From positions 46,686,001 to 46,750,000 of the forward strand of contig OZ024747.1 in assembly GCA_964016885.1 (NCBI GenBank): a stretch of 64,000 nucleotides of DNA. The letters are read 5' to 3'. Positions 1-13,108 of this stretch are shown one piece after another. This DNA is from Eledone cirrhosa. Taxonomy: Eukaryota. A program made the position numbers and the translations under genes. Position 1 is the first letter of the stretch, and each line of letters opens with the position of its first letter. Under the pieces are notes generated by a model that worked only from the letters and a program-made list of their open reading frames with translations, did no database searches and was not told where the DNA came from.

Positions 1-63
1 GGAGAGGCGGTAAGACTACAAAGCTCGCAGTCAACAACGTCTTCTTCACTAGATACTATAGAG

Positions 64-1887
64 ATGGAAAAACGAAATGAAAACGTAAAAACGAATTCAT
101 ATTCAAACAACACAAATGACACCAAACAATTCAATGACAACAAAAATAACAGCAACACCAATAATGATGATAAAAGTAACACTGATAACAACAACAAAGA
201 AAAAAATAAAGACAACACCAACAACACCAGCATCAAAGACAACAACAACACCAAGGAAAATACGGATGATACCAACATCGGTGACAACAAGAATAACAAC
301 AACAATAACAACAATAATGACAACACCACCAATACGGATTCCACAAAGAAACCAAAATCTCCTTTGCAGAGAAAGTTCAAAAGAAGGAAGAATTGATATA
401 TCTCGACATAACAAATGCTGAACAACTTTTAAAGGACGCTAAGAGATATGTCACTTTCGAAAAAAAATGGTGCTTTCAGCATCAATTCTCCGGTAGAAAT
501 TCGCAAGGAAACTGCTCTCAAAACGATAGTTTTTAGGACTGTTTCCAATTCTACCCGAAAACCAGTCCAACTGTCACAGAAAGAAATTGAACTGGTTTTC
601 AAAAATTCAATGAATGATATTGCATTCATTCAAAGAAGCAAACTTTTTGGGAGTTTTTCGGTACTCATGAAGGATCAATTGACGGCCCAAAATTACTCTG
701 TGTCGCCAATTGTATCCAACCTGTACACCTTTTTCCCTACATACATGGGAAAAAGGACACAAAAGATCAGAATCACGAGTGTCACACCAAAGGTGAACAT
801 ATGGTGGACACTGTGCGGCTTCATCAATTTTGATGAAGACAGAATACTGTCAGTAGGAAAGTCCCCCAGAGATGTATTCAATGGGACTAGCATTGAAGTT
901 CTGGTGCAAATGAGCCCAGAGCGAATAGCTATGATCCCACAGCGTGTACTCCTGGACGGACTCACCTACATAAACTTTTCGGTTGAGGGTAGGCGGCCTT
1001 CATGTTACCATTGCTTTAGCAGGGGTCACCTGAGGGCTTCCTGTCCTAAATTAATGAACCAAAAAAAGGCTCTTCTGCCGACACCCATCAAAACAACACA
1101 ACCACCAACACCACCACAACAACAACAACACCAACACACAAAAATAACCACAACAAACACAGTCCCACCCAACCCCACTCCACCTAAAACCACTGCAAAA
1201 TCACATACAGACACCACAGCTCCCCAAGACATACCTCTCCCCAATCACACAGACGATATAACAGATGAGGCTATCTCGCCATCACCCAGTGAAGACGAGG
1301 GAGAACCCCATCGCTCGAAAAGAAAGAAAAGACATCACAAAAGCAAAAAACCAGCAAACACTACCACAAACATACAACCACCAACACAAACAACAAAAAC
1401 ATCACAAACCAAACTCCCACCTCCTGAAAACAAAATACCTACAACAAAACGAAAGCACACACAAGAACTACAGACAAAAACAAACACAACACAAGAAAAT
1501 TACACTTACACTTACATAAACACTGAAAACAAAACACTAATGGAGACTATTACGAACGACCCTTCGGTGAAAACCGAAGGGAAAACTTTCGCCCACTCTA
1601 TTAAAAATAGCAAAAAACTGAACCTAAAACTGATTCGGGTCCCTATACAAACTTATAGGTCCCTAAAAGAAACATTTGAGAAGGATGTGGGGAATTCCTG
1701 CGTGAAACCACTCAACCGCGTCCTTCTCAAATGCCTCCCCACCCCAGACACCCCCATCCCACCAGACACCACCCCACCAAACATCTGCGTCCCCACCCCG
1801 CCGGAAACCACCACCCTTCCAGACAACCCCTCCAACACCCCCATGGAAATCGTGCGGCCTGGTCCCCATGAGGCGAAGGGTGAGTGA
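64..1887 (+). pseudogene. LINE ORF1 (gag-like nucleic-acid-binding protein); 448-1887 open, Asn-rich N-terminus 64-396 joined via two compensating frameshifts
   Basis: Zinc knuckle CYHCFSRGHLRASC and Pro/Thr-rich C-terminus. ORFs 64-396 and 448-1887 share a frame and are bridged by an open frame-3 segment 381-464 (KKEELIYLDITNAEQLLKDAKRYVTFEK) bounded by A-runs. Confidence 0.8.
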
Positions 1888-1920
1888 TCTCTTTTCCTCT
1901 TTTAACTTTTCAACACCAAC

Positions 1921-4900
1921 ATGGCCGATATAAGAGTTGGATGTGTGAACGTACGCGGCCTGGGGGTGCCTTGGAAACAGGGCAAACTCTTAAACGACCT
2001 CAGGTCGCACAGTATGGATGTGGTAGCCATTTGCGAGTCCAGGATCCACGGCGAGCGACAGCTGGCCTCCATCTTCGATGACTTTGAGATCTACGCATCT
2101 CTCTGTCAACCGGGGGGGGGGGGCGGAGTTGCCGTTTTGCCGCGGAAACACCTGGGCCTCGTAACACAGACGGTACATCTGGACCCGGAGGGTCGACTGG
2201 TGGTCCTAGACGTTGACGGTAGTGAAGGTGGAACCTTCAGGCTGGTGGCCGCATATGCCCCATCCGGGACACCGCGGCCAGACTTCTTCAGACGTCTAGA
2301 GACTTTTCTGGGAACGTCCCGCTCCTTGCTTTTAGTAGGGGACTGGAATGGAATCCTAGATGCACGTTGGGACTATGTGGGAGCATGTCCCGATAAAGGG
2401 GGTGTAACAGCCTCAAACAGTTAATCGACCGATTTGACCTGGCCGATAGATATCGACTAGATTTTCCGACTGCGCCACTGTGGACGTAGAGTAATCGTAG
2501 CTGAAAATCTAGATCGTACCTAGATAGGGTTCTAGTTAGAAATAAGGATAGGGACATTTTAAGCTGTCCACAAATGTTCATGGTTGCCTATTCAGATCAC
2601 AAACTAGTGACCTGCATGGCCAACCTTGATAGAACCCATAGACAAGGACCCGGCTACTGGAAGCTGAACTTGTCGTTACTGACAAGCAAAGCCTACAGTA
2701 GACGGATTAGCACTTTAGTTAAACAGCACTTGACAGGGGCCATTGTCAACAACAGATGGTGGTACTCTCTCAAGAGGGCAGTTAGATTAGACTCGATAGT
2801 TTTTAGTAAAGAATTAGCGTTAGATAGAAATAGAACCGAGAAGGAACTGGTAGATAAAGTAGAAGAGGCAATTAGAAGTGGCAACGTAGCCAGCGTGCTA
2901 GCAACGAGAACGGCCTTGGACCAGTTCTTCGACGCAAAGCACGAGGGCTGCGTTGTCAGAAGCAAAATACGTGCTCTGGGAAACGAGGGAGCCAAAGCTG
3001 TTAGCTGGGCCCGAGTGACGGAGGAAAAAAGTGGCAACAAGTCCACGATTCGGTCTTTGAAAGACCAAAATGGACGCGTCATACGTGAGCTGAAGCAGAT
3101 GTGTGCGGCTTTTCAGCGGCACTTTGCTCGGGGGGGGGGGGGGGGGGGGGCTATGGATTTCGGTCCATACCTCGACGGCCTACCGCGACTCTCGGACAGC
3201 GAGGCAAAGTTCTGCGAAAAGCCGATTTCAGCCACTGAGATAGGGGACGCGCCGAGCCAATGCGGCAAACGCAAATCTCCAGGTCTCGACGGTCTACCCT
3301 ACGAATTTTACGTAGCAATGCCGGACTTATTCTCCGGTCTCCTGGAAGCGGTCTACTGCAACTGGCAACAGAACGGGAGAATTCCCAGTTCTGTAACCGG
3401 GGGCGTGGTCACACTAATCAGGAAAGATGAGAATAAGGGGGATGACATAGGAAACTTCCGGCCCATAACTCTGCTAAACACAGAGTTACAGATTTTGGCC
3501 AAGGTGTCGGCAAAGAGGCTGGCGCTTGTCGTCGAGAACCTGGTGGGAGAAGCGCAGACATGCGCAATCCCGACCAGGTCCATACACGACAACCTCCACC
3601 TCATGCGATACATCATAGAGAGGGTAGAGTGTAAACCCGGCTTCGGTGGGGCCCTGATCAACTTGGATCAGTCTAAGGCTTTCGATAGGGTTGACCATCG
3701 TTACCTGGATGCGGTGCTCGAGGCGGCAGGCTTCGGACCCGTGTTCAGGGGCTGGATTGCTGCAATGCACAACAGCAACATCTGCTCAAGGGTCAAGGTG
3801 AACGGCTGCCTCTCGGAGCCGTTCCATATTACGCGATCCATTCGACAGGGATGCTCTCTCTCCTCCCTTCTGTACGTACTGACTCTCGAGCCACTACTGC
3901 GGAAGCTGGAGCTATTGCAGGGCATCCCTCTGGAACCTGGACTGCGCAAAGCGGCGTCGGCCTACGCCGACGACGTTACAGTAATGGTGTCGAGCGCCTC
4001 GCAAATCGAGGAAGTCGGCACCTTACTGAAGGAATACGAAAGTCTCACAGGAGCGAAGCTGAACCGGGACAAGTCCATCGGTTTGCAACTCGGATCGTGG
4101 AGAGGCAAACCGATGCCTTCCGATGGCGTCGTCGGACGCTGGACGGAAGGACCGGTAAAGCTGCTCGGGGTCTGGTTTGGTCCGGACCTCCAGGTGGAGA
4201 AGAACTGGAACGAAATGACGGCCAAGGTGTTTGCACTCACCCAGAAGTGGGCGGAGTGCAAACTATCCTTGAAAGGTCGAGCGGAGGCGGCGAACACTTT
4301 TATAGCGTCCGCCATCTACTACTGCTTGACCGTCGTGCCTTGTCCAGCCAAAACGCTCGCCAAAATGGAGCGCGCGCTCTTCCGATTCCTTTGGAAGAGG
4401 CGGGCTCCTTTGGTGAGAAGATCCATCTACTGCCAACACCCTTCTAACGGAGGGCTGGGGATGGCGTGGTTGACGATGCGCAAACACGCGCTCAGGCTGC
4501 GGCATCTCTACGTATTCCTCACCGGACAACCGGTGTGGGCCCCGTTCGTGAGGCGAGCCTTCCCACGACTCGTCTAGCTGACCGAGCTGCAGTCCTGGGT
4601 CAAGCAAAAACCGAGGAAAATGGGCGACTGGCACATCGAATGTGCTCAGGCGCTCACAGCCCTCTGGCAGGCGGACCCGGCGATCAGTGGAGACTCCACT
4701 TCGTCATTCTATAGAGGGTTGGTCCGCAGCAAGTGCGACGACGCGCTCGGTGAAACTCTAGGCGTAGAGGAAGATGAACTGGTCAGTCTGTTCGGTAGGA
4801 CCTTCCGCCCTGTACCGATGGACAACTTCCAAAATTTCTTGGCCTGGCAGTGCTACCGAGGAGCTCTACCAGTTCGAAACAAGCTCTACAGACATGGGCG

Positions 4901-5345
4901 CCCGGGCAGGGACCCTGCAAAAAAGATCTGTCCCAGGTGCGTGCGAGACGAAGAAACCGTCGCGCACGCATTCATACACTGCCCGGGCGTCACTGACCTG
5001 TGGGGCTATGTAGAACGACTATTGTCGCGGGTGGGACCAATCCAGTTGACCACCGAGTCCATTGTCATGATCAAACCGCCACCCTCCTTCAAAAACGAAG
5101 GAGAGGCGGTTTTCCTTTGTGTGATAGCTATGGCGAAAGAGGTTGTATGGTGGACAAGGTTGAAAGGGCTGAGGTCAGACACCTTTCTCTCCGGCCAACA
5201 ACTGATTCTTTTTTTCAAATACCACTTTGGAAGAAGAATCAGGATGGAGAGAGAGGTGCTGTACCCCAGCAAGTTTTATGAAAGGTGGGTGAAAGTGGTG
5301 AGAATGGCCCGAGTGAATGGGCCTTCTCTCTATATCAGCCTGTAG
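1921..5345 (+). pseudogene. LINE ORF2 (APE endonuclease + reverse transcriptase + CCHC), one frameshift and three premature stops
   Basis: Endonuclease motifs NVRG, CES, GDWN, LDR, SDH. RT motifs KSPGLDGLPYEFY, FRPITLLN, LDQSKAFDRVDH, RQGCSLS, AYADD, GGLG. C-terminal CPRC..H...C. Frameshift near 2400; stops TAG 2487, TGA 2502, TAG 4575. Confidence 0.93.
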
Positions 5346-5596
5346 GTTGAGGAAAAGGAGGAGGAGAGGAAAGGAGTACAAACTCTTCGTACTCCTGGAG
5401 ATGAGGGTTGCACATTTCTTTTTCGGGGGTATGTGTTACCCATATAAACTGTCTCCCTCTATTGGGGAAAATCGACTAACTTTTAAATTCCATCTGTGAT
5501 AACATTTTACACGTTTTTATTGTATGTAAACTTCCCCCTTTGTATTTGTCCCCTTCTTTTGTGCCCCTGTGGCTAATAAAGAAATATATCTATCTA

Positions 5597-5696
<100 letters not shown>

Positions 5697-5712
5697 TAAA
5701 ATAACAAATTAG

Positions 5713-5763
5713 AGTTTAAGCGAAGAATCGCTGCTTTCACCCTTAACGGGATCTTCTGAAACT
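5713..5763 (-). ncRNA. Hammerhead-like motif, A4 core variant (CAGAAGA)
   Basis: AGUUU-CAGAAGA-UCCC(GUUAA)GGGU-GAAA-GCA..CGC-UU-AAACU; one stem III mismatch. Confidence 0.55.
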
Positions 5764-7172
5764 AACAAAGTCAATCTGTAAACGCAGAACTGGATATTTC
5801 AAAAAACGTTGCAACCGGAGGAAGACAGGAAGACGATACTTTGGTTCGTGGTAACGTTCGCTGGCTAAGAACGGGAAAAAACGAATATAATACGTCATTA
5901 ATAGGAGCGGTGAAAAACAATTACGCGCAAAGACAGAACCACGTTTATGGTATAAAAGAGGTCGTAGACTAATGTTCTCTTAGGTGGTGCATAGAGACGT
6001 TCTCTGGCAATGAACGAAAAAAACGAAGATAATACGTCATATGTGGAGCGTAGAGAACAATAGCACGCAAAGACAAAACCACGTAAATGGTATAGCAGAA
6101 GTTGTAGACTAAAATTCTAACTAGGAGACCGAATGAATCTCCGCTACAGAGTTAAGAATAAAGTAAATAAATACAATACAGAAGTAATAGAAATAAATAA
6201 ATACATACACGCAAACAAATACGTACATACACAAGCATACGCAAAAACTTACCATAGGTAAACAAAACCACGCACATATAAATATGTGTGTGTGTGTAAG
6301 CGTGTATACAAATAAATAAATAATTATATAAACGTATATAAATAAATAAATACGTATATAACAAGCGCACACACATACCTACATGTAAATACACAAATGT
6401 TCGGAGACGTAAGTCAACCAAAACATGAAGTACACATATACACACGCCCTATATACGTACGAACCTGCATACTCACACAGACGCAAAACTCCCGTATACA
6501 CATAGCCGAACCATATGTACCAGAATATATAAAAAAATTATACGCCATAACAATCAAATATACGTACGAGAAGGTATACGTACCTTCACAAAACATACGG
6601 ATAATATATACTTACCTATGCAAATAAGTAAAGGTATAAACAAAACATATACTTAGCTCCCACATCGAGACGTAAAATGCCCACGTATAGATCGTACTAT
6701 CCGTTAGGGTATAATGTGGAGCTGTAATACAGGAAAGTTTTGTGCAATTTATGTTTACAAGCCGAAATTGCCTCAGATTTTTTGTTTAAGATGTGGTCTG
6801 TGGCGTAGAGTATTTCCAGGGCCTCAGCGGCGCAGAGGTCACATGGTCTTTTACGTGGTTTTGTCTTTGCGTGCTATTGTTCTCCACGATCCACATATGA
6901 TGTATTATCTTCGTTTTTTCGTTCATTGCCAGAGAACGTCTCTATGCACTACCTAAGAGAACATTAGTCTACGACCTCTTTTATACCATAAACGTGGTTC
7001 TGTCTTTGCGCGTAACTGTTTTTCACCGCTCCTATTAATGACGTATTATATTCGTTTTTTCCCGTTATTAGCCAGCGAACGTTTCCACGAACCAAAGTAT
7101 CGTCTTTCTGTCTTCCTCCGGTTGCAACGTTTTTTGAAATATCCAGTTCTGCGTTTACAAATTGACTTTGTT

Positions 7173-7223
7173 AGTTTCAGAAGATCCCGTTAAGGGTGAA
7201 AGCAGCGATTCTTTGCTTAAACT
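7173..7223 (+). ncRNA. Hammerhead-like motif, A4 core variant (CAGAAGA), CUU cleavage triplet
   Basis: Stem I AGUUU/AAACU, stem II CCC/GGG, GAAA, stem III GCA/UGC. Confidence 0.65.
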
Positions 7224-7330
7224 TTAATCTGTTATTTTTATAAATATTTGCTCTACAGTTCTTACATATTTGATATATATTTATCCTTATCGGGCCCTCT
7301 TTGGATTTTAGTCTTCAAATTTATTATTAT

Positions 7331-7393
<63 letters not shown>

Positions 7394-7405
7394 CATATAT
7401 ATATA

Positions 7406-7971
7406 TAATCAAGGTTTAGCAAATAGAGAAAGAAAAAGTTTTAAAATAAATTTTAAAAAGTTTACTGTACCTACTATATTTACCCTTACCGCGCGGTTTC
7501 AAGTCTCAAAATAAATGGATAATCCATGCGGAAATTCATTGAGATGAAGACTTTCGTCAGAGGGTTCTTCTCACTCGGAGAATATAAAATGCTCGAGTTC
7601 AAATCACGAACTGGCGCCATACAGAACTGTTCCCGGGTGAGAGTGTATGATAAAGAAACAATCTTGTCTAGTGCCGTGTGTAAAGATAGAAGGCAAGGGC
7701 GGAAAGGTCAATGTACTACCACTAGAAATAGCAGCAGTTAAAACGACCAAAATGTTATCTCTACCTTAGGAGGGATTAATAATAATAAAGTATGCTTTCC
7801 TACATGCAAAAAATGCATATAGGGACACATCTATTATCCAACCGTATGCCAATGTGGTTCTATGGCAGGTTAAAAAATTAACGAGCCAGAACATATATAA
7901 TCAAGGTTTAGCAAATAGAGAATAATTTGTTAAATAAATTTTTAAAAATTTACTGTACCTACTATATTTAC

Positions 7972-7976
<5 letters not shown>
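7406..7976 (-). mobile_element. Retrozyme-like / PLE pLTR unit: 488-nt monomer plus ~80-nt terminal redundancy
   Basis: Direct repeats at ~7406-7488 and ~7897-7976, canonical HHR at 7482-7565, flanked by (TA)n. Confidence 0.8.
7482..7565 (-). ncRNA. Type I hammerhead ribozyme, canonical core, extended stem II
   Basis: ACCCU-CUGACGA-AAGUCU..AGACUU-GAAA-CCGCGCGG-UA-AGGGU; predicted GUA cleavage between 7487 and 7486. Confidence 0.9.
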
Positions 7977-8007
<31 letters not shown>

Positions 8008-9201
8008 AAAAAATGAAACGAAATTTCATTTCTCACGTATACATACGTATACATACGTTTACACATATATATATATATATATATATGTATACGTATGTAT
8101 ATACGTATGTATATACGTACATATATATTCATTTATATATATATAAATATATGTATAAATGTTTGTAAATATATATATATATATATATATGCACATGTAT
8201 GTATGTATTTATAAATATATATTAAGAGTACATGAGTGATTGAGGGCAAGATAGAAAGAGAAGAATGTACATATCTATGTGTACATTAATGCTTCATTGA
8301 GCGATAAGTCTTTTACAGTACAAGTGAGATTCTCCACTTTGCTTGGTCCAGACAATAATACCATTTGCCAAATAAGCGGAAGGGATACTTTTGGCAAGTT
8401 CCGTGGTTTTGATGTATACAAGTCTGGCCCAACATTGAGTGATACAATAATCAATACAGCTGGTGTGGAATGAACTGCTCTAGACAAATCTTCCACTGAT
8501 CACTATCTGAAGAGAATATGTAAAAAATGATAGAAGCGGCCATTTTGAGTTTACATCAAAGACTGATGCGAGCAGTTATGCTTAAATAAAAGTGATACAG
8601 ATAAAGCGACGGAAACTTTTTGTTGCAGTTATTCTTAATTGAAAGAGCAATGGTAACGACCACAAACAAGCATATAAATATATTTGCACACACGTGTATG
8701 CACACATAAAGAAACACACAAATGTTTCAAAATAATAAAGTTATCCACTTAGTTAAAAGAAAATTCTTTGGGGAATAAATACAGGTCAGTCACTTGAAAT
8801 AAGCGGTTCACCTCATCTCAAAACAGATCCTAAAGCTTTTAAGTGTGCTTTCTATATGCTTTGTATTCTATTCTTTCATAATTTAATCGAAAAATTCATT
8901 GACAAAGGTAATATTTAATCTAGTCATAATGGAAAAGTAAAAGTTGTTCTCAGCTGCACTTAAAATGTTAAGAGAGATTCTTTGCCAATTAGGAGATATT
9001 TCGTCCGAAAAAAAAAAAAAATGTAGTTAGATGCTAAACTATTTCAATATCAATTTGGTGTGAGGTTTCCAGTGTAATATCCAGACATTTGAATACAGAT
9101 AAATATTGTGATACAGCAACGGGGATAAACACACACGCATATTCACACACATATCTACACAAGCGCATACAGACACACTCACTTACACACACACACACAC
9201 A

Positions 9202-9282
<81 letters not shown>

Positions 9283-9397
9283 GAGAGGCTTAAAGCCGAG
9301 CAGACATTTGTATATATATATAACATATACAAATATATATGTGTGTATATATTTAAACCCCCGCCATATATATATATAATATATATATATGTGTGCG

Positions 9398-9461
<64 letters not shown>

Positions 9462-9911
9462 GAGAAGATTGTACCAATATCTTTGTAGGTTGGGTCAATG
9501 GACTATAAATATTTGTACTAATAATGTTATTTAAACATATTTTAATTTAGATATTCAGATTTTAGTGATAAAGTAATTTACTTTCGAGAAATACAACCAT
9601 TTAAACTTTATCGTAATTAATGAGAAACAAATCATAAATAGAATATACCTATAGTAAATAGTTACTGCATTTCATACACACATACACACGTGTGTGTGTG
9701 GGTGTGTGTGTGTGTGTGTGTGGGTGTGTGTGTGTGTGTATTTTGTATGTATATGCGTGTGTAGTTGTGTTTTTGCGTGAATCAAAATACTCATAGAAAG
9801 GCTGATAAATAGATTGAGAGATAACTAGACGGATAGTTAGTTAAAAATACATATAAAGAGAGAGAGAGAGATATATATAGTGAAAGGGAGAGAGAGAGAC
9901 AGAGACGGAGG

Positions 9912-9956
<45 letters not shown>

Positions 9957-10399
9957 ACTCGATACAAAATAATTGAAGTAATGCTAATATTTCTTTATGC
10001 TTTCACGTTGCGTTTTGTTTATTTAGATGCAGCATAGTAGGAAACGAGACTAATATTTACAAGGGCGTTGAACTGGCTTGTAATGGTACACTGCTGGTGG
10101 ACATTCTGGACCCTTAACTACTAGAGTGGACAATGACTATTCAGGAAAAAGAACATAGGCACAGGTGTGATTGAGTAGTTAAGGAGTTTGTAACTACGTG
10201 GTTCTAGATTCTGGTAACTTCAGTAAGGGTTTATACTAAAATCTCATGTTAACTAATGTTTCTAAGTGCACTTTCGTCCAGTGAAGCTTCAGAAGTTCAT
10301 TATATATACTAGCAGAAAAATATATAGTAGCATATGTAGTGTGCATATTGGTATTATACGCAAATATATATATGTAAATTGAAAACATGAATTGACAAT

Positions 10400-11075
10400 A
10401 TCTTCTTCTTCGCCCACTTATTTCTGAGAGGGACGTGGGGGCAGAGTCCTTCTCAAACACTCCTTCCAGCGAGTCTGTCAGAAGCAAACATCTCTACCTG
10501 ATCCAGCTGGATCCCAAAGTGTGACCAGCCAAGCTCATGAATGTTATCCAACTATCTTGCTCAGGGTCTACCCCTGGGTCTCTTGCCGGTTGGTTTTGCC
10601 TGTAACATGTGTCCAGCGATTCTTTACACATTCTAATCACATGCTCATAATATCGGAGATGTGATCTCTCAATTCGGAGAAGTAGCGGCTCTACCAGCAG
10701 TGACTCTCGGGTCTCTGAGCTATGCACTTTTTCGAGTAAGGTTACTCCAAAGACCCCTCGGAGGAATCCCATTTCGGCTGCTTTTATTTGCAATTGTATT
10801 CTTTGGGTCATTACTCAAAATTCATGACTCTCGGCAAGGGTTGGCAGGAATACCAGGAAGACAGCGAGTTTGGCTTTTACACCTACCCCCTTCTTCTGAT
10901 TGCTGAATGCTGAGACTGGCGCATTACTGCATCAGCTTTTGCAATTCTTGCACTTAATTCAGACTCCTGTATTCCATCACTCGTGAACACGGCTCAAAGA
11001 TACTTGAACTTCTCTAACTGCTTCAGTAGAACTCCATCGACATGTATATAAATTTGAGGGACTTCTGTACATCCG
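10400..11075 (-). mobile_element. RTE-clade LINE 3' fragment (degenerate ORF2 C-terminus)
   Basis: Peptides LKQLEKFKYL and IKAAEMGFLRGVFGVTLLEKVHSSETRESLLVEPLLLRIERSHLRYYEHVIRM; short (AAG)n tail at ~10401-10411. Confidence 0.8.
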
Positions 11076-11244
11076 TCCATCACACAATATGTATGTGTGT
11101 TTGTGTGAATGTATGTGTGTGTAAAAGGAAGGAAAGGGATACACATGTATATGCCTGTAACTTTAAAATAATGACACACACACACATGTCTCTAATTTAA
11201 GAACGCCGACAAAATCACGCGCACATACACACACTGTCCTATTA

Positions 11245-11921
11245 CCACTTAAGAGCTTTGGCCCGGGCAAACATCCCCTCACTTTTGGAACCGTCTGGGT
11301 TGTCCAGAATTGATGGGAAAAGACTTGACAGTCTTTTTCTGTGCTCCTGGTTAAGATGCAGGTGCCTTACCTGGGACGTCACAGTTAGTGACTCTTTTGC
11401 TTCTTCCCACATCCTGGATGCAGCGGTAAGGGCGAGAGCTACAGCTGAACGGAACACAATCCTAAAATACCATGTTCTGTGGCGTTCGAGACGTTTGGGG
11501 GAGTTGGGCTACTGACATCGAGGTTCTTATCTTCACTGGCCGCTAGCCAAACTGAGGTAACTGGTGATGCTCGTGAGGGTACTTGGTTGTTCCAGCACCT
11601 CAGCCTCGCCTCACCCCAGGTAACGCTGCCAGCCGGTTTGTCTTGTCTCAAAAATTATTAGAGAGGTTTCCCAGTGGTCCTCGCTTCATTGCTATATTTT
11701 GCTCTGGTAGCGGCTCGTTTTTCCACCCCCTTTCGCCTGCATTTTGTTCTATGGGGTCTTAGATGTGTGCATTACGTGCTTGTGTATTTTTTCTCTTTCC
11801 TTTCCCTTTTCTTTGTATATATTATATTTGTTAGTGTTTTCGTTCTGTAAGCATTACATTAAATTTTTATACAAATGAGTTTTAAAAAAGAGTTAAACTG
11901 TGTTGTTAATAAATAAATAAA
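11245..11921 (+). mobile_element. CRE-clade non-LTR retrotransposon 3' fragment (restriction-like endonuclease relic)
   Basis: EPSGLSRIDGKRLD..W..LTWDVTVSDSFASS..KY..AFETFG..FL..GDAREGTWLFQHLSLA matches the CRE RLE pattern; (AAAT)n tail at ~11908-11921. Confidence 0.75.
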
Positions 11922-12485
11922 ACGTTATACTTGATTTACCCTCCCATTTCCAATTCACCGAACGCTATCATAACTGTATGTGTGTGTTTGTGTAAATGTA
12001 TGTGTGAATGTGTGTTTGTGTGAATGTATGTATGCATTTGTGTGAACGTGTTGTTTTATAAGTTTGTGTTTCTGCGATTATAGTTATATACTCATACATA
12101 TAGATGTATGTATGTCGACATACACACACATACGCGTCAGCGTATTGAAAATCATAATCACTCTATCTTTCTGTATCTCTCTCATCACACACTCTCTTTC
12201 TACATACATGGTAGTTGAAGTGGTGATGGTGGCGACGATATACCGGAAGTGAAGACATTTGAAACTTTGAAAAGAAGTCAATTTAAATTTAACAAAGAAA
12301 TTACGAAATTTGGTACATAAATTATGTGATATTCATTCATTATTTATTCAAAGTGATCCAACTTATTTTACTAACTGGATTAAAAGAAATAAATCACACT
12401 CAGTCTCGCACTCCTTACTTTATTATAATTAAGATTAATAAAAGATCGGAGGCCATATTCAGTTGATTCAGGTTTATTTAAAACT

Positions 12486-12543
12486 CCGTTATACATATTT
12501 CACTGAAGACTATCAGTTATGATAGCCTGAGCTCTTCAGACGG
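12486..12543 (-). ncRNA. Type I hammerhead ribozyme, canonical core (within a PLE-like element ~12240-12740)
   Basis: CCGU-CUGAAGA-long stem II (GGCUAUCA/UGAUAGUC)-GAAA-UAUGUA-UA-ACGG, followed by AATAAA. Confidence 0.85.
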
Positions 12544-13108
12544 CAAAACATAAAATAAACTTTGAAAGTTCCTAAGAAACCTTTAAATTTAGAAAAATCC
12601 AATAATTTCCCCGAAAAAGATTTTCTTTTCATGAACGCGTGGTGTTGTTTCTTCGACGGCCGGCCCCCGAAAGTACCCAAGAATTTTGGCGGAAGTGTTG
12701 GTCAGTTTAGGAAGTAACGAAAACGGTTAGTATCCCTTCTCCCTCCCCTCTCTATCATATATATATATATAGAGAGAGAGGGGATATTAAAATGCATACA
12801 CATATACATAAATATATGGTGTCTCTCTTTGACCAGTTTTGCTCAATGACTGTACACTCAAATGGATGAACTATGCCCTCAATAGTTATTGTCGTCAAAG
12901 ATTTCTTGGGAAACTCTGGAGTGTCTCAATCGATCCGCAATTTCATCGAAGAACGTTGTGTTCTTTTTAGGAACTTCGGAAAATCCGACAACAGCCAGAA
13001 AAAAAATAACAAAAAATTTATGCTGTAAAAATGTCCCTTACGAGCAGCCCCCCAAACTGTTGTATATATATTTAGGGGAGTCCACTCTGTAAGTAATGTT
13101 TGAGTTAC

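Larger units (their letters stand above)
64..5585 (+). mobile_element. L1-Tx1 clade non-LTR retrotransposon, near full length, disrupted
   Basis: ORF1 with CCHC knuckle, then ORF2 with APE endonuclease, RT and C-terminal CCHC. 3' UTR has AATAAA at 5575-5580 and ends in (TATC)n/(TA)n. The 5' UTR may extend beyond the window. Confidence 0.93.

Noticed and set aside
3130-3151. G22 run (poly-Gly, G-quadruplex) in ORF2
   Set aside because: Likely homopolymer expansion or a sequencing artefact in a dead copy.
8275-8506. Terminal exon candidate after a minus-strand TTCTCTTCAG acceptor
   Set aside because: The phase-compatible frame stops after 8 codons; support is insufficient.
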